Source: Spirochaetia bacterium (GTDB lineage: Bacteria > Spirochaetota > Spirochaetia > SZUA-6 > Bin103). Taken from it: DNA of 64,000 nucleotides. The notes beneath the pieces are model-generated. The model was given only the letters and a program-made list of their open reading frames with translations, did no database searches and was not told the origin of the DNA. This document shows, piece by piece, positions 1-9,713 of this stretch (its first letter is position 1; each line of letters starts with the position of its first letter). Where the stretch lies: NCBI GenBank assembly GCA_965215345.1, contig CBDCDL010000001.1:320163-384162 (forward strand). The letters are read 5' to 3'. Made by a program: the position numbers and the translations under genes.

Positions 1-4
1 CGGT

Positions 5-478
5 GTGGCATCCACTGGTACGGCGATCTCCGCGCTGTCGGGTGCTGCCGCTACTAGCGCAGCGCTTGCGTGGCTCGGCGGGGGCGCGCTGGCTGTAGGC
101 GGGGGCGGAATGGCAGCCGGCAATGCCCTTCTGGCCCTTGCAGGCCCGGTCGGCTGGACCATCGGCGGAGTCACGGCGGCCGGCACAGCCCTGATGGTAC
201 GCAGACGCTACGCAAAGCTCGCCGAAAAGGCCACCAAGGCAAGGATCGAGATTGCAGGGAAAGTTCGCTCCTTGCGCACTGCTCGACGAGAGATCGAAGG
301 CTTGGCCGCGCAAACGAAGACGCACGCAGACGGGTGCCTTGGCGACCTCGCAGTGCTCCGGCGGAGCGCACCCCCCGACTATCGAGAGTTCGACAAAGCG
401 CAGAAGGAGCGGCTCGGAGCCGTCATAAACCACATCCGCTCATTGGGAAAGCTCCTTCAAGCCGAAGTGGCGCTTTGA
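5..478 (+). CDS. Small protein with a Gly/Ala-rich glycine-zipper-like hydrophobic N-terminus and a coiled-coil/charged C-terminus. The reading frame is open to the window edge, so it may be 5'-partial.
   Basis: ORF track; GTG at 5 with no upstream stop. N-terminal segment SALSGAAATSAALAWLGGGALAVGGGGMAAGNALLALAGPVGWTIGGVTAAG, then KLAEKATKARIEIAGKVRSLRTARREIEGLAAQ. Codon usage looks coding. GC is lower than the core. Confidence 0.45.
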   Translation: MASTGTAISALSGAAATSAALAWLGGGALAVGGGGMAAGNALLALAGPVGWTIGGVTAAGTALMVRRRYAKLAEKATKARIEIAGKVRSLRTARREIEGLAAQTKTHADGCLGDLAVLRRSAPPDYREFDKAQKERLGAVINHIRSLGKLLQAEVAL

Positions 479-582
479 GGGATACGCTGCACGAGGACCG
501 CGATCCTCATGTCTCGGCTCAAGTAGCGTCGAGCATACTGGCTGAGGAGCGCGCCGCGCATCAGGCCGCGACAGACTCCGAG

Positions 583-1947
583 TTGTCCGAGATACATGAC
601 GCCTGTGAGAGTGCCAGAGCCGAGTTTGAGAAACATGTCCATGATTTCATCGATAATCCCGATACGCCTGGACCACGCGGGTCACTTTCCACGCAGCACG
701 GCGAGATCGCGGAGAAGCTTACGGTCGCGGAAATCAATGCATGGGACATCATGGAGGGGCGAAACCCGACGGCTACCTTCGATGGAGTAGGGGGCAAAGG
801 GCCAACGGACTACATAGTCGATGGCACATTAATCCAATCGAAGTATGGCAAGTTCGCCTATAATTCTCTGGAACTCGTTATTGAGCACCTCAAGCAATAC
901 GAAAATGTCGGTATCCCCGATACGCACGTTTACCACATACCGGCTAACCAGTACGCCGAATTAAACAGACTTTTTGCCAGCGACACGATCGAGGGCTGGA
1001 CTTCTCGAGACGTCGAGGCCGTCCGCGGGCAACTAAGAGAAATCAGGAATTTGACGCGCCGAGATCCCCAGGAGGTTATCCAGCCCGGAAAGGGAACCTA
1101 TGACGAGGTTCAACTGGATCAAATACGCGATACTGTCAACGAGCATGAGCAAACGATCGGTGAATGGGCGGATAGACAGAAGAACCAAGCTCTCATGGAT
1201 CATGCGCCGTCTGCAGCGGAACTGGCGCAAGCGGGGGCATTCGGTGGTGTCGCCGGAGCCGGAGTCGGAATAGCCGAGGCCATCCTCGCCAAGTGGCGGG
1301 ACGGCAAGAACCCGTTTAGAGGTGAGTTCACGAAAGAGGACTGGGCTGATGTCGGCGTCTCGGGAAGTATGGGAAGTGGCCGTGGCGTGGTAGGTGGTAG
1401 TGCCCTATACCTGTTGACGAATGCAACGAATCTTGCGGCACCGTTCGCAGGGTCCTTGGTGAGTGCGACGATGACCATCAGTAATCTGCGCCGCAGCCAC
1501 CGTGCAGGACACATCGACGACGACCAATTCCTCGACAATTGCCAAATCGTAGCCAGCGAAGCGGCAATCGTTGGGCTTGCCGCAGCTGCGGGGCAAGCGA
1601 TGATTCCGATCCCGATATTGGGCGCTTTCGTAGGAAGCATCGCGGGGAAGATCGTCGCGACTACCCTCAAGGGCAGGTTGGAGAAGGACGCTGCGGAACT
1701 GGCGTCAAAATTTGGGGACTACGAACGATGGGCGATGACGCAACTTGACGAGGAATGCCGCAGGTTCATGGAGCAGATAGATCGACACTTTATGGAGTTG
1801 GAAAGGCTCGAGAAGCTTGCCTTTGATCCTGATACGAACACCGATCTTCGCCTACGTACCTCTGCAGCGCTGGCTCGAAGAATGAACGTTGCAGATGAGT
1901 TCATTGTGGATTCTACCGAAGAGCTTGATGCATTCATGACAGAGTAG
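583..1947 (+). CDS. Hypothetical protein with three central Gly/Ala-rich hydrophobic (glycine-zipper-like) segments flanked by charged helical regions. The start is uncertain: the frame is open from 480, with TTG at 583 and the first ATG near 751.
   Basis: Long ORF in frame 1. The Arg-rich N-terminal 136 codons of ORF 70..1947 overlap the previous gene and are rejected. A/T-ending codons (gaa, aat, ata, tta) are atypical for this genome, consistent with foreign origin. Segments AGAFGGVAGAGVGIAEAIL, GSMGSGRGVVGGSALYLL and ILGAFVGSIAGKIVATTL. Confidence 0.5.
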   Translation: MSEIHDACESARAEFEKHVHDFIDNPDTPGPRGSLSTQHGEIAEKLTVAEINAWDIMEGRNPTATFDGVGGKGPTDYIVDGTLIQSKYGKFAYNSLELVIEHLKQYENVGIPDTHVYHIPANQYAELNRLFASDTIEGWTSRDVEAVRGQLREIRNLTRRDPQEVIQPGKGTYDEVQLDQIRDTVNEHEQTIGEWADRQKNQALMDHAPSAAELAQAGAFGGVAGAGVGIAEAILAKWRDGKNPFRGEFTKEDWADVGVSGSMGSGRGVVGGSALYLLTNATNLAAPFAGSLVSATMTISNLRRSHRAGHIDDDQFLDNCQIVASEAAIVGLAAAAGQAMIPIPILGAFVGSIAGKIVATTLKGRLEKDAAELASKFGDYERWAMTQLDEECRRFMEQIDRHFMELERLEKLAFDPDTNTDLRLRTSAALARRMNVADEFIVDSTEELDAFMTE

Positions 1948-2201
1948 CCTACTAGTATAGTTCCTGCCCGGCAATCCTCGGTTTCGGGAGAGCGAGTCGG
2001 GAGGAGAGCGTCTCGGGAGTGGACAGGACCTGTGGGAATCAGGAATCGAACGCAGAAGAAGTTGGTTTTGACACCCCTTGGGGAGCCGATTTCGTCGTGA
2101 TCGGCCATATGTTCTGCTCTATCGAGACACGGAACTCGCACGAATCCCATCAATGCACGTAAGGAATTGTCAGAAGGAAGACCGACTGCGGCCGGATCGC
2201 C

Positions 2202-2550
2202 TCAAGTGGGCAGTAAGCGAACCAGCCTCATCAGGTTGTGGGCGAACACCGCCGAGTGCACGTACGCCTGGAACTGTTCCCAGCCGCTCCAGTTGCAGCG
2301 GTCCAGACCAAAGCAGCGCTTCAGATACGATATGCCTGCTTGCGCACCGGCCCGAAAGCGCTTCAGTTGGTCGTACATCCACGTCGAAGCTGTCATGTCG
2401 GTCTGCTTCAGACCACGCTTCTTGTGGAACATCACGTGTTCGACGCCCAATTTTTTTGGCCTCCGCCAGATTCCCCCGCGACGCATACCCGCCATCGAAT
2501 GCCGCCCGCTGCGGCGGCTCGCCGTAGAACTCCGCATGCCGCCTCAGCAT
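2202..2550 (-). mobile_element. C-terminal remnant of a DDE transposase (IS5/IS1182-like), split over two frames by a frameshift near 2430. It is a non-functional IS stump.
   Basis: Frame B (2170..2550) carries the DDE region signature AAFDGGYASRGNLAEAKKIG. Frame A (2202..2537) carries the typical transposase C-terminus ISYLKRCFGLDRCNWSGWEQFQAYVHSAVFAHNLMRL. There is no N-terminal DNA-binding or catalytic core and no inverted repeats. Confidence 0.55.
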
Positions 2551-2998
2551 CGGCAGGCAGCGCGTGCTCCATCAGTATCGAAATATCGCTGATGTCTCCG
2601 ATATCCAGGATGAGCGGGCCGTTTCCTTCGACGCCGGTTATGGCGATTCGGTATTCGTGCTGATGTTCGTACTCATCCCGTTTATTGAATATCGGTTCGA
2701 TCTCTTCCGGGGACCCGCCATGGAAGCTTCGCGGATCGTAATATTTCACGAGCCGACCATGAACGCCGTAGTTCTCGCGGAGAGCGGCGGCTTTGACACG
2801 TTTCAGGAACTCGGAAGCGTTCGTGATGACAACCGCGTGACTTCCAAACGATAGGCAGTCTTCCGGTATTCTCATCATCTCCCTGAAGTCGTCGATGCTC
2901 TCAACCGACACGGTCTCCTGGTTACCGCTATGTGCGGCGTACATACAGAACACACTCAGGTTGTCTATCCGATTCATCGTCGATTGCGTGGCGCCCAC
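2432..2998 (-). CDS. Hypothetical protein of unrecognised family. The last ~40 codons (2432-2550) run into the IS remnant and are probably not native.
   Basis: ORF track; lower-GC coding-like composition with no recognisable motif. The C-terminal tail ACGVLRRAAAAGGIRWRV... looks like read-through into the IS fragment. Confidence 0.35.
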   Translation of the reverse strand: MGATQSTMNRIDNLSVFCMYAAHSGNQETVSVESIDDFREMMRIPEDCLSFGSHAVVITNASEFLKRVKAAALRENYGVHGRLVKYYDPRSFHGGSPEEIEPIFNKRDEYEHQHEYRIAITGVEGNGPLILDIGDISDISILMEHALPADAEAACGVLRRAAAAGGIRWRVCVAGESGGGQKNWASNT

Positions 2999-3103
2999 GC
3001 CATTTCAGTGGCTGGATGCCGCTGGTGGCAGCGCGGTGAACGGCGTTGAGCCGGCGGAGTTCGACTCATCCGCACTCGTGAACGGTGTCGTGTTGACTCC
3101 AGA

Positions 3104-5224
3104 TCAGGCGCAGGTCGTCTCGCTGGCCGGATGATCGCCATAGAAGCGCGTGTCGGTCTTCGCCAGGTGGCGCAGCCGGTCGGACGGCGCGAAGCGCTCG
3201 CCGTGGCGTCCGCGCAACTCGTTCAGGAGCGCTACGATCCGGTCCGGGCCGTGGTCGTCGGCGTGTGCCAGGATGCCGCCGCGATCCTGTGGGAATCCGG
3301 TGCCCAGAATCATGATCATGTCCAGCGGCATCGGCTCGTTGACGATGCCTTCCTCCAGACAGCGGCTCGCCTCGTTGGCCATGAGCGCCAGGCAGCGGTG
3401 CAGGTCGTCGGCAACCGCCGGACGGCGGCTGCCGGGGCGTCGCAGCGCGTGGGCGGCCGGATTGGGGTGCGCGTCTCGGCCGGCGCCGTAGGCATGGAAT
3501 CCCTGGCCGCTCTTGCGGCCGAGCATGCCCGCGTCGGACAGCCCCCGCGCCAGTTGCGGGCACCGGTACCGGTCGCCGAACGAGCGCTCCAGCGATTCTG
3601 CGATCTTGACCGTGACGTCGATGCCGATCTCGTCCATGAGCCGGTACGGCCCCATCGGCAGGCCGAACTCCCTGGCGAAGCGGTCCAGGCCGTCGAGGTC
3701 GTCGATCCCGTCGTCTTCGGCCAGGTGGAGCGCCTCCAGGAGGTAGGGAAACAGCACGCGGTTGGAGACGAACCCCGGCCGGCCGCCGACCACGATCGGC
3801 GTCTTCCCCAGGTTCCGGGCGAGGGCCACGGCGGTCGCCAGCACCGCGTCCGTGGTCGCCGGCGCCCGCGCGATCTCCACCAGCGGCATGCGGTTCACGG
3901 GATTGAAGAAGTGCACGGCCACGAACCGCTCCGGCCGAGCGAGCACGCCGGCCAGCTCGTCGACCGGCAGCGACGAGGTGTTGGTGGCGATGATGGCATC
4001 GGTGGCGACCCGCCCTTCCAGATCCCGCAGCACCCGCTTCTTGAGGTCGGGGTCCTCCGTCACCGCTTCGATCACCAGGTCTGCGTCGGCCAGCGCGGCG
4101 AGGTCGGTGGTCGGCTCCATCCGGGCGAGCTTCGCTTCCACGTCCTCCACAGTCATCCGTCCGCGCTGCATCGGGAAGTCGTACACCGCGCGGGCCGCGG
4201 CCATACCCCGATCGAGCCGGCCCTGGTCGACGTCGCGCATGGTGACCGGCAGGCCGGAGTCGCAGAGCGCCCAGGCTATGCCGGCCCCCATGGTGCCCGC
4301 GCCGAGCACGGCCGGGCGCTCGACCGGCAGCGGGGCGGCGGAGAGACCCCAGCGCTCCTTCCGGAGCCGGTCGCGATTGAAGAACATCCGCATCAGGTTG
4401 CGCCCGGCGCGGCTGCGTACCCGGTCGACGAAGGCGGCCCGCTCCACGTCCAGGCCGGCGGCCATCGCCGTTCCGGCCGTGCGGACGACGACCTCCAGCG
4501 CGGCCAGCGGCGCTTCGTCGTGCAGCCGCCCGCGGGCGACAAGCTGCCGTGCCGCCTCGGCCTGCTCATCGCCGACTGCGGGCGCCGGCATGCGCAGGTC
4601 CGGCCCGTCGGGCGCGGGCGCCGCCGCCAGCAGCTCGTCCAGGGCCCGGTCCAGGTCCTCGCGCGCCGCGCAGGCGGTCGCCAGTCCCAGCTCCACGGCG
4701 CGCGGTCCGTCCACGGGCCGACCGCTGCAGATCATCCGCAGGGCCTGCGCCACCCCCACCAGCCGCGGCAGCCGCTGGGTGCCGCCCCAGCCGGGGATCA
4801 GGCCCAGGGTCACCTCCGGCAGGCCCAGGGCGCAGCGGCGATCGTCGGAGACCAGCCGCCATGTCGTCGTCATGGCGAACTCCAGCCCGCCGCCCAGGCA
4901 GGCGCCGTCGATCACGCTGACGGTCGGCACCCGCAGGGCCGCAAGCCGGCTGAACAGGCGCTGTCCGCGGCCGATGAAGGCGTCCGCCACCTGTGGATCG
5001 GAGAGCGTGCGCAGTTCGCCGATGTCGGCGCCGGCGATGAAGCAGCCCGGCTTGGCGCTGCGGAACACCACCACGCGGACGTCCTGGTCGGCCGCGATCT
5101 CGTCGAGCAGGCGCTCCAGTTCGTCCAGTACCGGGGTAGAGAAGGTGTTCACCTTCGAGCCCGGCTGATCGAAGAGCACTTCCAGGCGTCCGTCGGGCCG
5201 CCGCTGCGTGGTGATGCTCGCCAT
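3104..5224 (-). CDS. Fatty-acid oxidation multifunctional enzyme (FadB/FadJ-type): enoyl-CoA hydratase domain followed by a 3-hydroxyacyl-CoA dehydrogenase domain.
   Basis: 706 aa. Crotonase signature FIAGADIGE...GGGLEFAM; NAD-binding GXGXXG LGAGTMGAGIAWAL; C-terminal 3HCDH region. Antisense ORFs 3131..5269 and 3762..5168 are GC artefacts. Confidence 0.9.
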   Translation of the reverse strand: MASITTQRRPDGRLEVLFDQPGSKVNTFSTPVLDELERLLDEIAADQDVRVVVFRSAKPGCFIAGADIGELRTLSDPQVADAFIGRGQRLFSRLAALRVPTVSVIDGACLGGGLEFAMTTTWRLVSDDRRCALGLPEVTLGLIPGWGGTQRLPRLVGVAQALRMICSGRPVDGPRAVELGLATACAAREDLDRALDELLAAAPAPDGPDLRMPAPAVGDEQAEAARQLVARGRLHDEAPLAALEVVVRTAGTAMAAGLDVERAAFVDRVRSRAGRNLMRMFFNRDRLRKERWGLSAAPLPVERPAVLGAGTMGAGIAWALCDSGLPVTMRDVDQGRLDRGMAAARAVYDFPMQRGRMTVEDVEAKLARMEPTTDLAALADADLVIEAVTEDPDLKKRVLRDLEGRVATDAIIATNTSSLPVDELAGVLARPERFVAVHFFNPVNRMPLVEIARAPATTDAVLATAVALARNLGKTPIVVGGRPGFVSNRVLFPYLLEALHLAEDDGIDDLDGLDRFAREFGLPMGPYRLMDEIGIDVTVKIAESLERSFGDRYRCPQLARGLSDAGMLGRKSGQGFHAYGAGRDAHPNPAAHALRRPGSRRPAVADDLHRCLALMANEASRCLEEGIVNEPMPLDMIMILGTGFPQDRGGILAHADDHGPDRIVALLNELRGRHGERFAPSDRLRHLAKTDTRFYGDHPASETTCA

Positions 5225-5287
5225 GGCCGGCCGATTGTAGGCCGCCGCAGGATGGTTTGGAAGCCGTAGCCGCGGCGGTGGGCCGGG

Positions 5288-6232
5288 CTACTCCTTGATG
5301 GCGCCGATCATGATGCCTCGCACGAAATAGCGCTGGATGAACGGATACACCAGCAGGATCGGCGCCACGCTTACGATGACGATCGCGGCGCGCATCTTGG
5401 CCAGCCAGCCGTTGCGGATGTAGGCGGCGCTGGCGTCTTCTTCCAGTCCCTCGATGATGCTGTTGATGTTGCCGCCGAAGTCGCGCAGGATGAGAAATCG
5501 GCGCAGGACGATCGTCAGCGGCATCTTCTCCTGGTCGTACAGATAGACCATCGGGCGAAAGAACTCGTTCCACATCGACACGGCCGCGAACAGGCCGATC
5601 GTCGCGAGAATCGGCACGATCAGCGGCAGCACGATGCGGAGGTAGATCAGGAAGTCGCCACCGCCGTCGATGTACACGGAGTCCTTCAGCGATTGATGCA
5701 CCGTCTGCCGGATGGCGGTGCGGAAGATGAAGATGAAGAAGGGATTGACCGCCGTGGGCAGCACGATGGCCCACAGCGTGTTGACCATTCCCAGGGTCCG
5801 GATCCACAGAAACACCGGGATCAGTCCGCCCTCGAAGAACAACATCGCCGCCAGATACAGGGACACCGACCGCTTGAAGCGGAAGCGGTCCTCGGCCAGC
5901 ACGAAACCGGCCATCGAGGACAGCCACCCCACCAGCACCGTGAACACGGTCGCATACAGAATGGAATTCAGATAGGCGCGCAGGATGAGCGGATTGCGGA
6001 ACACGAACTCGTAGATTTCGAACCGCATGTCATGCGGCCACAGCACGATGCGGCCCAGCCCGACGGACTCGTAACTGCTGATCGACACCGAGAACAGGTA
6101 GATGAACGGGTACAGGCAGACTGCGCAGACCAGGACGCCGAAGGCGGCGTTGCACAGGTCGAACACGCGCGCCGGCATCGACTCCCGGTAGCGGACCGGC
6201 CGCTTGGCGTGCGGCTCCGTCGATGCGGCCAC
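5288..6232 (-). CDS. Carbohydrate ABC transporter permease (CUT1 family, LplC/AraQ/MalG-like).
   Basis: 314 aa, multi-TM. Conserved EAA-loop region DSVYIDGGGDFLIYLRIVLPLIVPILAT. Adjacent to a second permease and a solute-binding protein on the same strand. Confidence 0.85.
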   Translation of the reverse strand: MAASTEPHAKRPVRYRESMPARVFDLCNAAFGVLVCAVCLYPFIYLFSVSISSYESVGLGRIVLWPHDMRFEIYEFVFRNPLILRAYLNSILYATVFTVLVGWLSSMAGFVLAEDRFRFKRSVSLYLAAMLFFEGGLIPVFLWIRTLGMVNTLWAIVLPTAVNPFFIFIFRTAIRQTVHQSLKDSVYIDGGGDFLIYLRIVLPLIVPILATIGLFAAVSMWNEFFRPMVYLYDQEKMPLTIVLRRFLILRDFGGNINSIIEGLEEDASAAYIRNGWLAKMRAAIVIVSVAPILLVYPFIQRYFVRGIMIGAIKE

Positions 6233-7174
6233 TTACCAGATGCCCTCACCGCGGACACGGATCGACAGCTTGTTGATCGCGAGCACGACCCCGAACGATA
6301 CGAGATTGTTGAGCAGACCGATCGCGGTTCCATAGGAGAACTCGCCTCCCTGGATGCCGCGACGATACACGTAGGTGGCGATGACGTCGGCGGTCTCGTA
6401 GATGCCGGGGTTCTGCATCAGGAAGGCTTTCTCGAAGCCGACCTGCACGACGTTGCGGGTGGCCAGGATGAACAGCACCACCATCGTCGGCATGATGCCG
6501 GGCACCGTGATGAAACGCACCTGCTGCAGGCGCCCGGCGCCGTCGATCCTGGCCGATTCGTAGAGCTCGACGCTGATGCCGGCCATCGCTGCCAGGTAGA
6601 TGATCGTCCCCCAGCCGACGTCCTGCCAGACGCCGGAGGCGACGTACAGTGGGCGGAACCAGGCAGGGTCGCTCAGGAAGTCTGGCTGGAAACCGAAGCG
6701 GTTGGCCATCTGTGTCACCAGGCCGTCGAAGCTGAAGAACTGGTAGATCAGGCCGACGACGATGACCACGGCGATGAAGTGTGGCAGGTAGGAGATCGAC
6801 TGCACGACCCGTTTGAACCAGCGCACGCGCATCTCGTTCAACAACAGCGCGAAGATGATCGGCGCCGGGAACCCGAAGGCCAGGTTGAGCGCGCCGAGCA
6901 GCAGCGTGTTGCGCACCAGGCGCCAGAGAAAGGGATCGGCCAGGAAGTCGTTGATGTACTTCAGGCCGATCCACTCGCCTCCGAAGAACCCGTCCAGCGG
7001 GGTGTAGCGCTTGAAGGCGATGGTGATGCCGTAGATCGGCACCCAGTGGAAGACGAACGACCACAGGATGACGATGCCGATCATGACGTACAGCGCGGGA
7101 GCCTGTCGGATCGAGCGGACGATCCCTGCGTGCCGCCGAGCGGCGCTGTTCACTGCGACGGCTTGCTGACTCAT
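6233..7174 (-). CDS. Carbohydrate ABC transporter permease (CUT1 family, LplB/MalF-like).
   Basis: 313 aa. C-terminal motif YRRGIQGGEFSYGTAIGLLNNLVSFGVVLAINKLS is typical of LplB-type permeases. Its start abuts the stop of the downstream permease. Confidence 0.85.
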   Translation of the reverse strand: MSQQAVAVNSAARRHAGIVRSIRQAPALYVMIGIVILWSFVFHWVPIYGITIAFKRYTPLDGFFGGEWIGLKYINDFLADPFLWRLVRNTLLLGALNLAFGFPAPIIFALLLNEMRVRWFKRVVQSISYLPHFIAVVIVVGLIYQFFSFDGLVTQMANRFGFQPDFLSDPAWFRPLYVASGVWQDVGWGTIIYLAAMAGISVELYESARIDGAGRLQQVRFITVPGIMPTMVVLFILATRNVVQVGFEKAFLMQNPGIYETADVIATYVYRRGIQGGEFSYGTAIGLLNNLVSFGVVLAINKLSIRVRGEGIW

Positions 7175-7246
7175 GTGCGGTGTTGTCGCGGGCCGGGGAC
7201 GACGCGGTATCGCCGTCCCGGTCCGCGAAGGGCCATGCCGGTGAGG

Positions 7247-8887
7247 CTACAGCGAGCGGTAGCGCTCCAGCGCGGCTTGGTAGATCTCCTCGAGGCGTGC
7301 GTGTCCCAACTCCTGCAGGCGCGCCACGAAATCGTCCCACTCGGCGATCGGCCGGTGGCCGTTGACGAATGCGACCACCTGTTCGTCGACGTAGGTGGCC
7401 AGCGCCGCTTCCAGGGAGTTCTTCTCCTCCTGCTCCTCGGGCGTGAACGGAAAGCCCGGTTCGGGCGTCGCGTTCCAGACGCCGGCCGCCTTGAACTGCT
7501 CGATCACCGGCAGGTTGGGCAACTGCGATTCCACGCCCGGAGCGGTCACGTCGTAGTAGCGTCCCAGGTTGTCCTTGCCCCACGTGTCGCGCGGATGCAT
7601 CACCGAGAACTGGCCGATGCCCAACCCGCGGGTCTTCGACCGGGCCGGGTCCGCTTCGACCTCGGCGGCCGGATAGAAGCCGCTCCAGTTGAGGATCCAG
7701 CGGCGACCCCAGAACGGGTTGGGGTCGGCGACCCAAGCGTAGCCCTCCGGACCGTAGTTGAGCAGCTCCGCACCTTCGTCGCCATAGGCGAAGTCCATCA
7801 TGCGCACGGCGGCGTCGACCGAGCGGCTCTTGGCATCGATCACCACGACGCTGTCGGACACCCGCTTCGGGGCGCGGATGTTCGCCTGTACACCCTCGTA
7901 GACCGGCGGCAGCAGGTTGACTTCCTGAGAGAGCAGCAGGTCCAGGTGCTCGGGCGGCTTGTTGACCATCCGGTCGCCGAAGTTGCCGCCGATCGGGCCG
8001 AAGAAGACCGCGTATCCGTCCTGCTCGTACAGGGAGACCTGCTCCTCCTCCGTCATGGTGACCCACGCGGGATGCAGCCAGCCGTTGGCGTACGCCTTGG
8101 AAAGGAACTCGATCGCGCCGCGGAACCGGTTGGTCGCCGGGCCCCAGACGTACTGGTCGCTGTCGTCGTACCACATGCGGATCCAGGTGCCCAGCATGTG
8201 GGTGATCGGCCGCACGACCCAGCCGCGGATCGCGCTGCCTCGCCGGTTGATGATCATCGGTTGCGGCGTGCGGCCCTGGTTGTAGCCGCGGTACACGGCG
8301 GCGAATGCCGTCTCCCAATCCTCCAGCGTCTTGATCGAGCCTGCGACGTCGTCGATGTCACCGTCCCAGCCCCCGGCGGTCAGGTGGTCCTTGCGCACCT
8401 TGATGCCGACCATGGGTGCGCTGGCCCACATGCTGAGCCGCGGCAGGGCGTAGGTATTGCCGTCCGGGGCGATCTTGAGCGCTTCCGGAACGTCGGCGAG
8501 CACGCCGGCCAAGTTGGGCATGGCGCCCGCCTCAAGCTGTTCGGAGATGCTCACGAATGCGCCGCGCGGGCCCAGGTCGAAGTGAATGTTGCGGATGTCC
8601 GGACTGGACAGATTCATGACGTCGGGCAGGTCGCCGGCGGCCAGCATCGTCTGTACCCGCGTCGCCTGGTCCTCGGTCGGCACGTTGACCGGCACGATGT
8701 GCGCGCCGACCTTCTCGCCCCACCAATGAAAGATCTCGGTGTCGGCGGTGGCGTCGGGCGTGAACTCGAAGAACCCGAGGAACTCCAGCTCCGGCGTGTC
8801 GCCCCCGGCTGCAGCCTCTTCCTCTCCCGAACCCCATGCGGACATGCCGACTGCCAGCGCCAGCAGGACGATGAGAATGTATCTCAC
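7247..8887 (-). CDS. Large extracellular solute-binding protein of a CUT1/Lpl-type ABC importer (LplA-like). The first ~20 aa are hydrophobic and signal-peptide-like.
   Basis: 546 aa. N-terminal MRYILIVLLALAVGMSAWGSG; size and position upstream of two CUT1 permeases. No ATPase gene is in the locus, so it presumably uses a shared MsmK-type ATPase. Confidence 0.8.
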   Translation of the reverse strand: MRYILIVLLALAVGMSAWGSGEEEAAAGGDTPELEFLGFFEFTPDATADTEIFHWWGEKVGAHIVPVNVPTEDQATRVQTMLAAGDLPDVMNLSSPDIRNIHFDLGPRGAFVSISEQLEAGAMPNLAGVLADVPEALKIAPDGNTYALPRLSMWASAPMVGIKVRKDHLTAGGWDGDIDDVAGSIKTLEDWETAFAAVYRGYNQGRTPQPMIINRRGSAIRGWVVRPITHMLGTWIRMWYDDSDQYVWGPATNRFRGAIEFLSKAYANGWLHPAWVTMTEEEQVSLYEQDGYAVFFGPIGGNFGDRMVNKPPEHLDLLLSQEVNLLPPVYEGVQANIRAPKRVSDSVVVIDAKSRSVDAAVRMMDFAYGDEGAELLNYGPEGYAWVADPNPFWGRRWILNWSGFYPAAEVEADPARSKTRGLGIGQFSVMHPRDTWGKDNLGRYYDVTAPGVESQLPNLPVIEQFKAAGVWNATPEPGFPFTPEEQEEKNSLEAALATYVDEQVVAFVNGHRPIAEWDDFVARLQELGHARLEEIYQAALERYRSL

Positions 8888-8974
8888 GGTAGTATCCCCA
8901 TTTCTTTGGTATCACCCGTAGCGGGCGTAGGGAGCGACGGTACAGGGTCGGCAGCGATGTTTCAACACGCCTGC

Positions 8975-9640
8975 CGCATTGCCCGCGGGTCGCCGCCATG
9001 CCCCGCTCGAGCCGGCCTTGGGCGACATCGCGCATGACGACCGACAGGCCACGGTCGCAGAGCGGCCCCAGGCGATGCCGGCCCTCATGGCGCCGGCGCC
9101 AGGCACCGCCGGGCGCTCCACCGGCAGCGGGTCGGCGATGCTCCCAGCGCTCCTTCCGCAGCCGGTCCCGGTTGAAGAACATCCGCATCAGGTTTGCGCC
9201 CGGCCCGGCTGCGTACCCGGTCGACGAAGGCGGCCCGCTGCACGTCCAGGCCGGTCGCCATCGTCGTCCCGGCCGTGCGGACGACGACCTCCAACGCGGC
9301 CAGCGGCGCCTCGTCGTGCAGGCGCCCCGCGGGCGAGCTGGCGTGCCTCCTCGTCCTGCTCAGGGCTGATCGCCGGCGCCGGCATGCGCAGATCCGGTCC
9401 GTCTGGGTCGGGCGTGGCCGCCAGCAACCCGTCCAGGTCCTCGCGCGCCGCGCAGGCGGTCGCCAGTCCCAGCTCCACGGCGCGCGGACCGTCCACGGGC
9501 CTGCCGCTGCAGATCATTTGCAGGGCCTACGCCACCCCTAACGGCCGCCGCCGCTGGGTGCCGCCCCAGCCGGGGATCAGGCCCCAGGGTCACCTCCGGC
9601 AGGCGCGGGGCGCAGCGGCGGTCGTCGGAGATCAGCCGCC
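8975..9640 (-). pseudogene. Decayed partial duplicate of the central part of the fadB/J gene, corresponding to ~4193-4860 of the intact copy. Multiple indels and frameshifts; non-coding remnant.
   Basis: Direct nucleotide comparison. For example 9541-9640 versus 4761-4860 and 9121-9300 versus 4340-4520 are ~85-90% identical with indels. Fragment ORFs 8532..9188 (MRMFFNRDRLRKERW...) and 9188..9517 (MICSGRPVDGPRAVELGLATACAARED...) repeat FadB/J peptides in broken frames. Confidence 0.75.
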
Positions 9641-9713
9641 TGTCAGATTGTCCTTCACCGTCACGATATCACTCGTGCTGCCAACGTTTCGCGTAGCTGT
9701 CCGCGACTCGACG

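Noticed and set aside
70-582. N-terminal 170 codons of ORF 70..1947 (Arg-rich).
   Set aside because: This stretch overlaps the well-formed ORF 5..478 in another frame and is compositionally junk. The downstream gene more likely starts at TTG 583 or later.
2035-2065. T-loop-like motif GGAATCGAACGC (reverse complement GCGTTCGATTCC) in the intergenic region at the edge of the low-GC island, considered as a tRNA or tRNA fragment marking an integration site.
   Set aside because: Flanking bases do not form a T-stem, an acceptor stem or any cloverleaf. It is most likely a chance match.
3131-9037. Very long ORFs on the opposite strand of real genes (e.g. 3131..5269 +, 5693..9037 +, 6246..8318 -, 22654..24528 -, 47877..50381 -, 51650..53248 -, 54156..55556 -).
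   Set aside because: These are Arg/Gly/Ala/Pro-rich translations typical of antisense frames in ~70% GC DNA. They have no motifs, and each is fully overlapped by a gene with clear family signatures.
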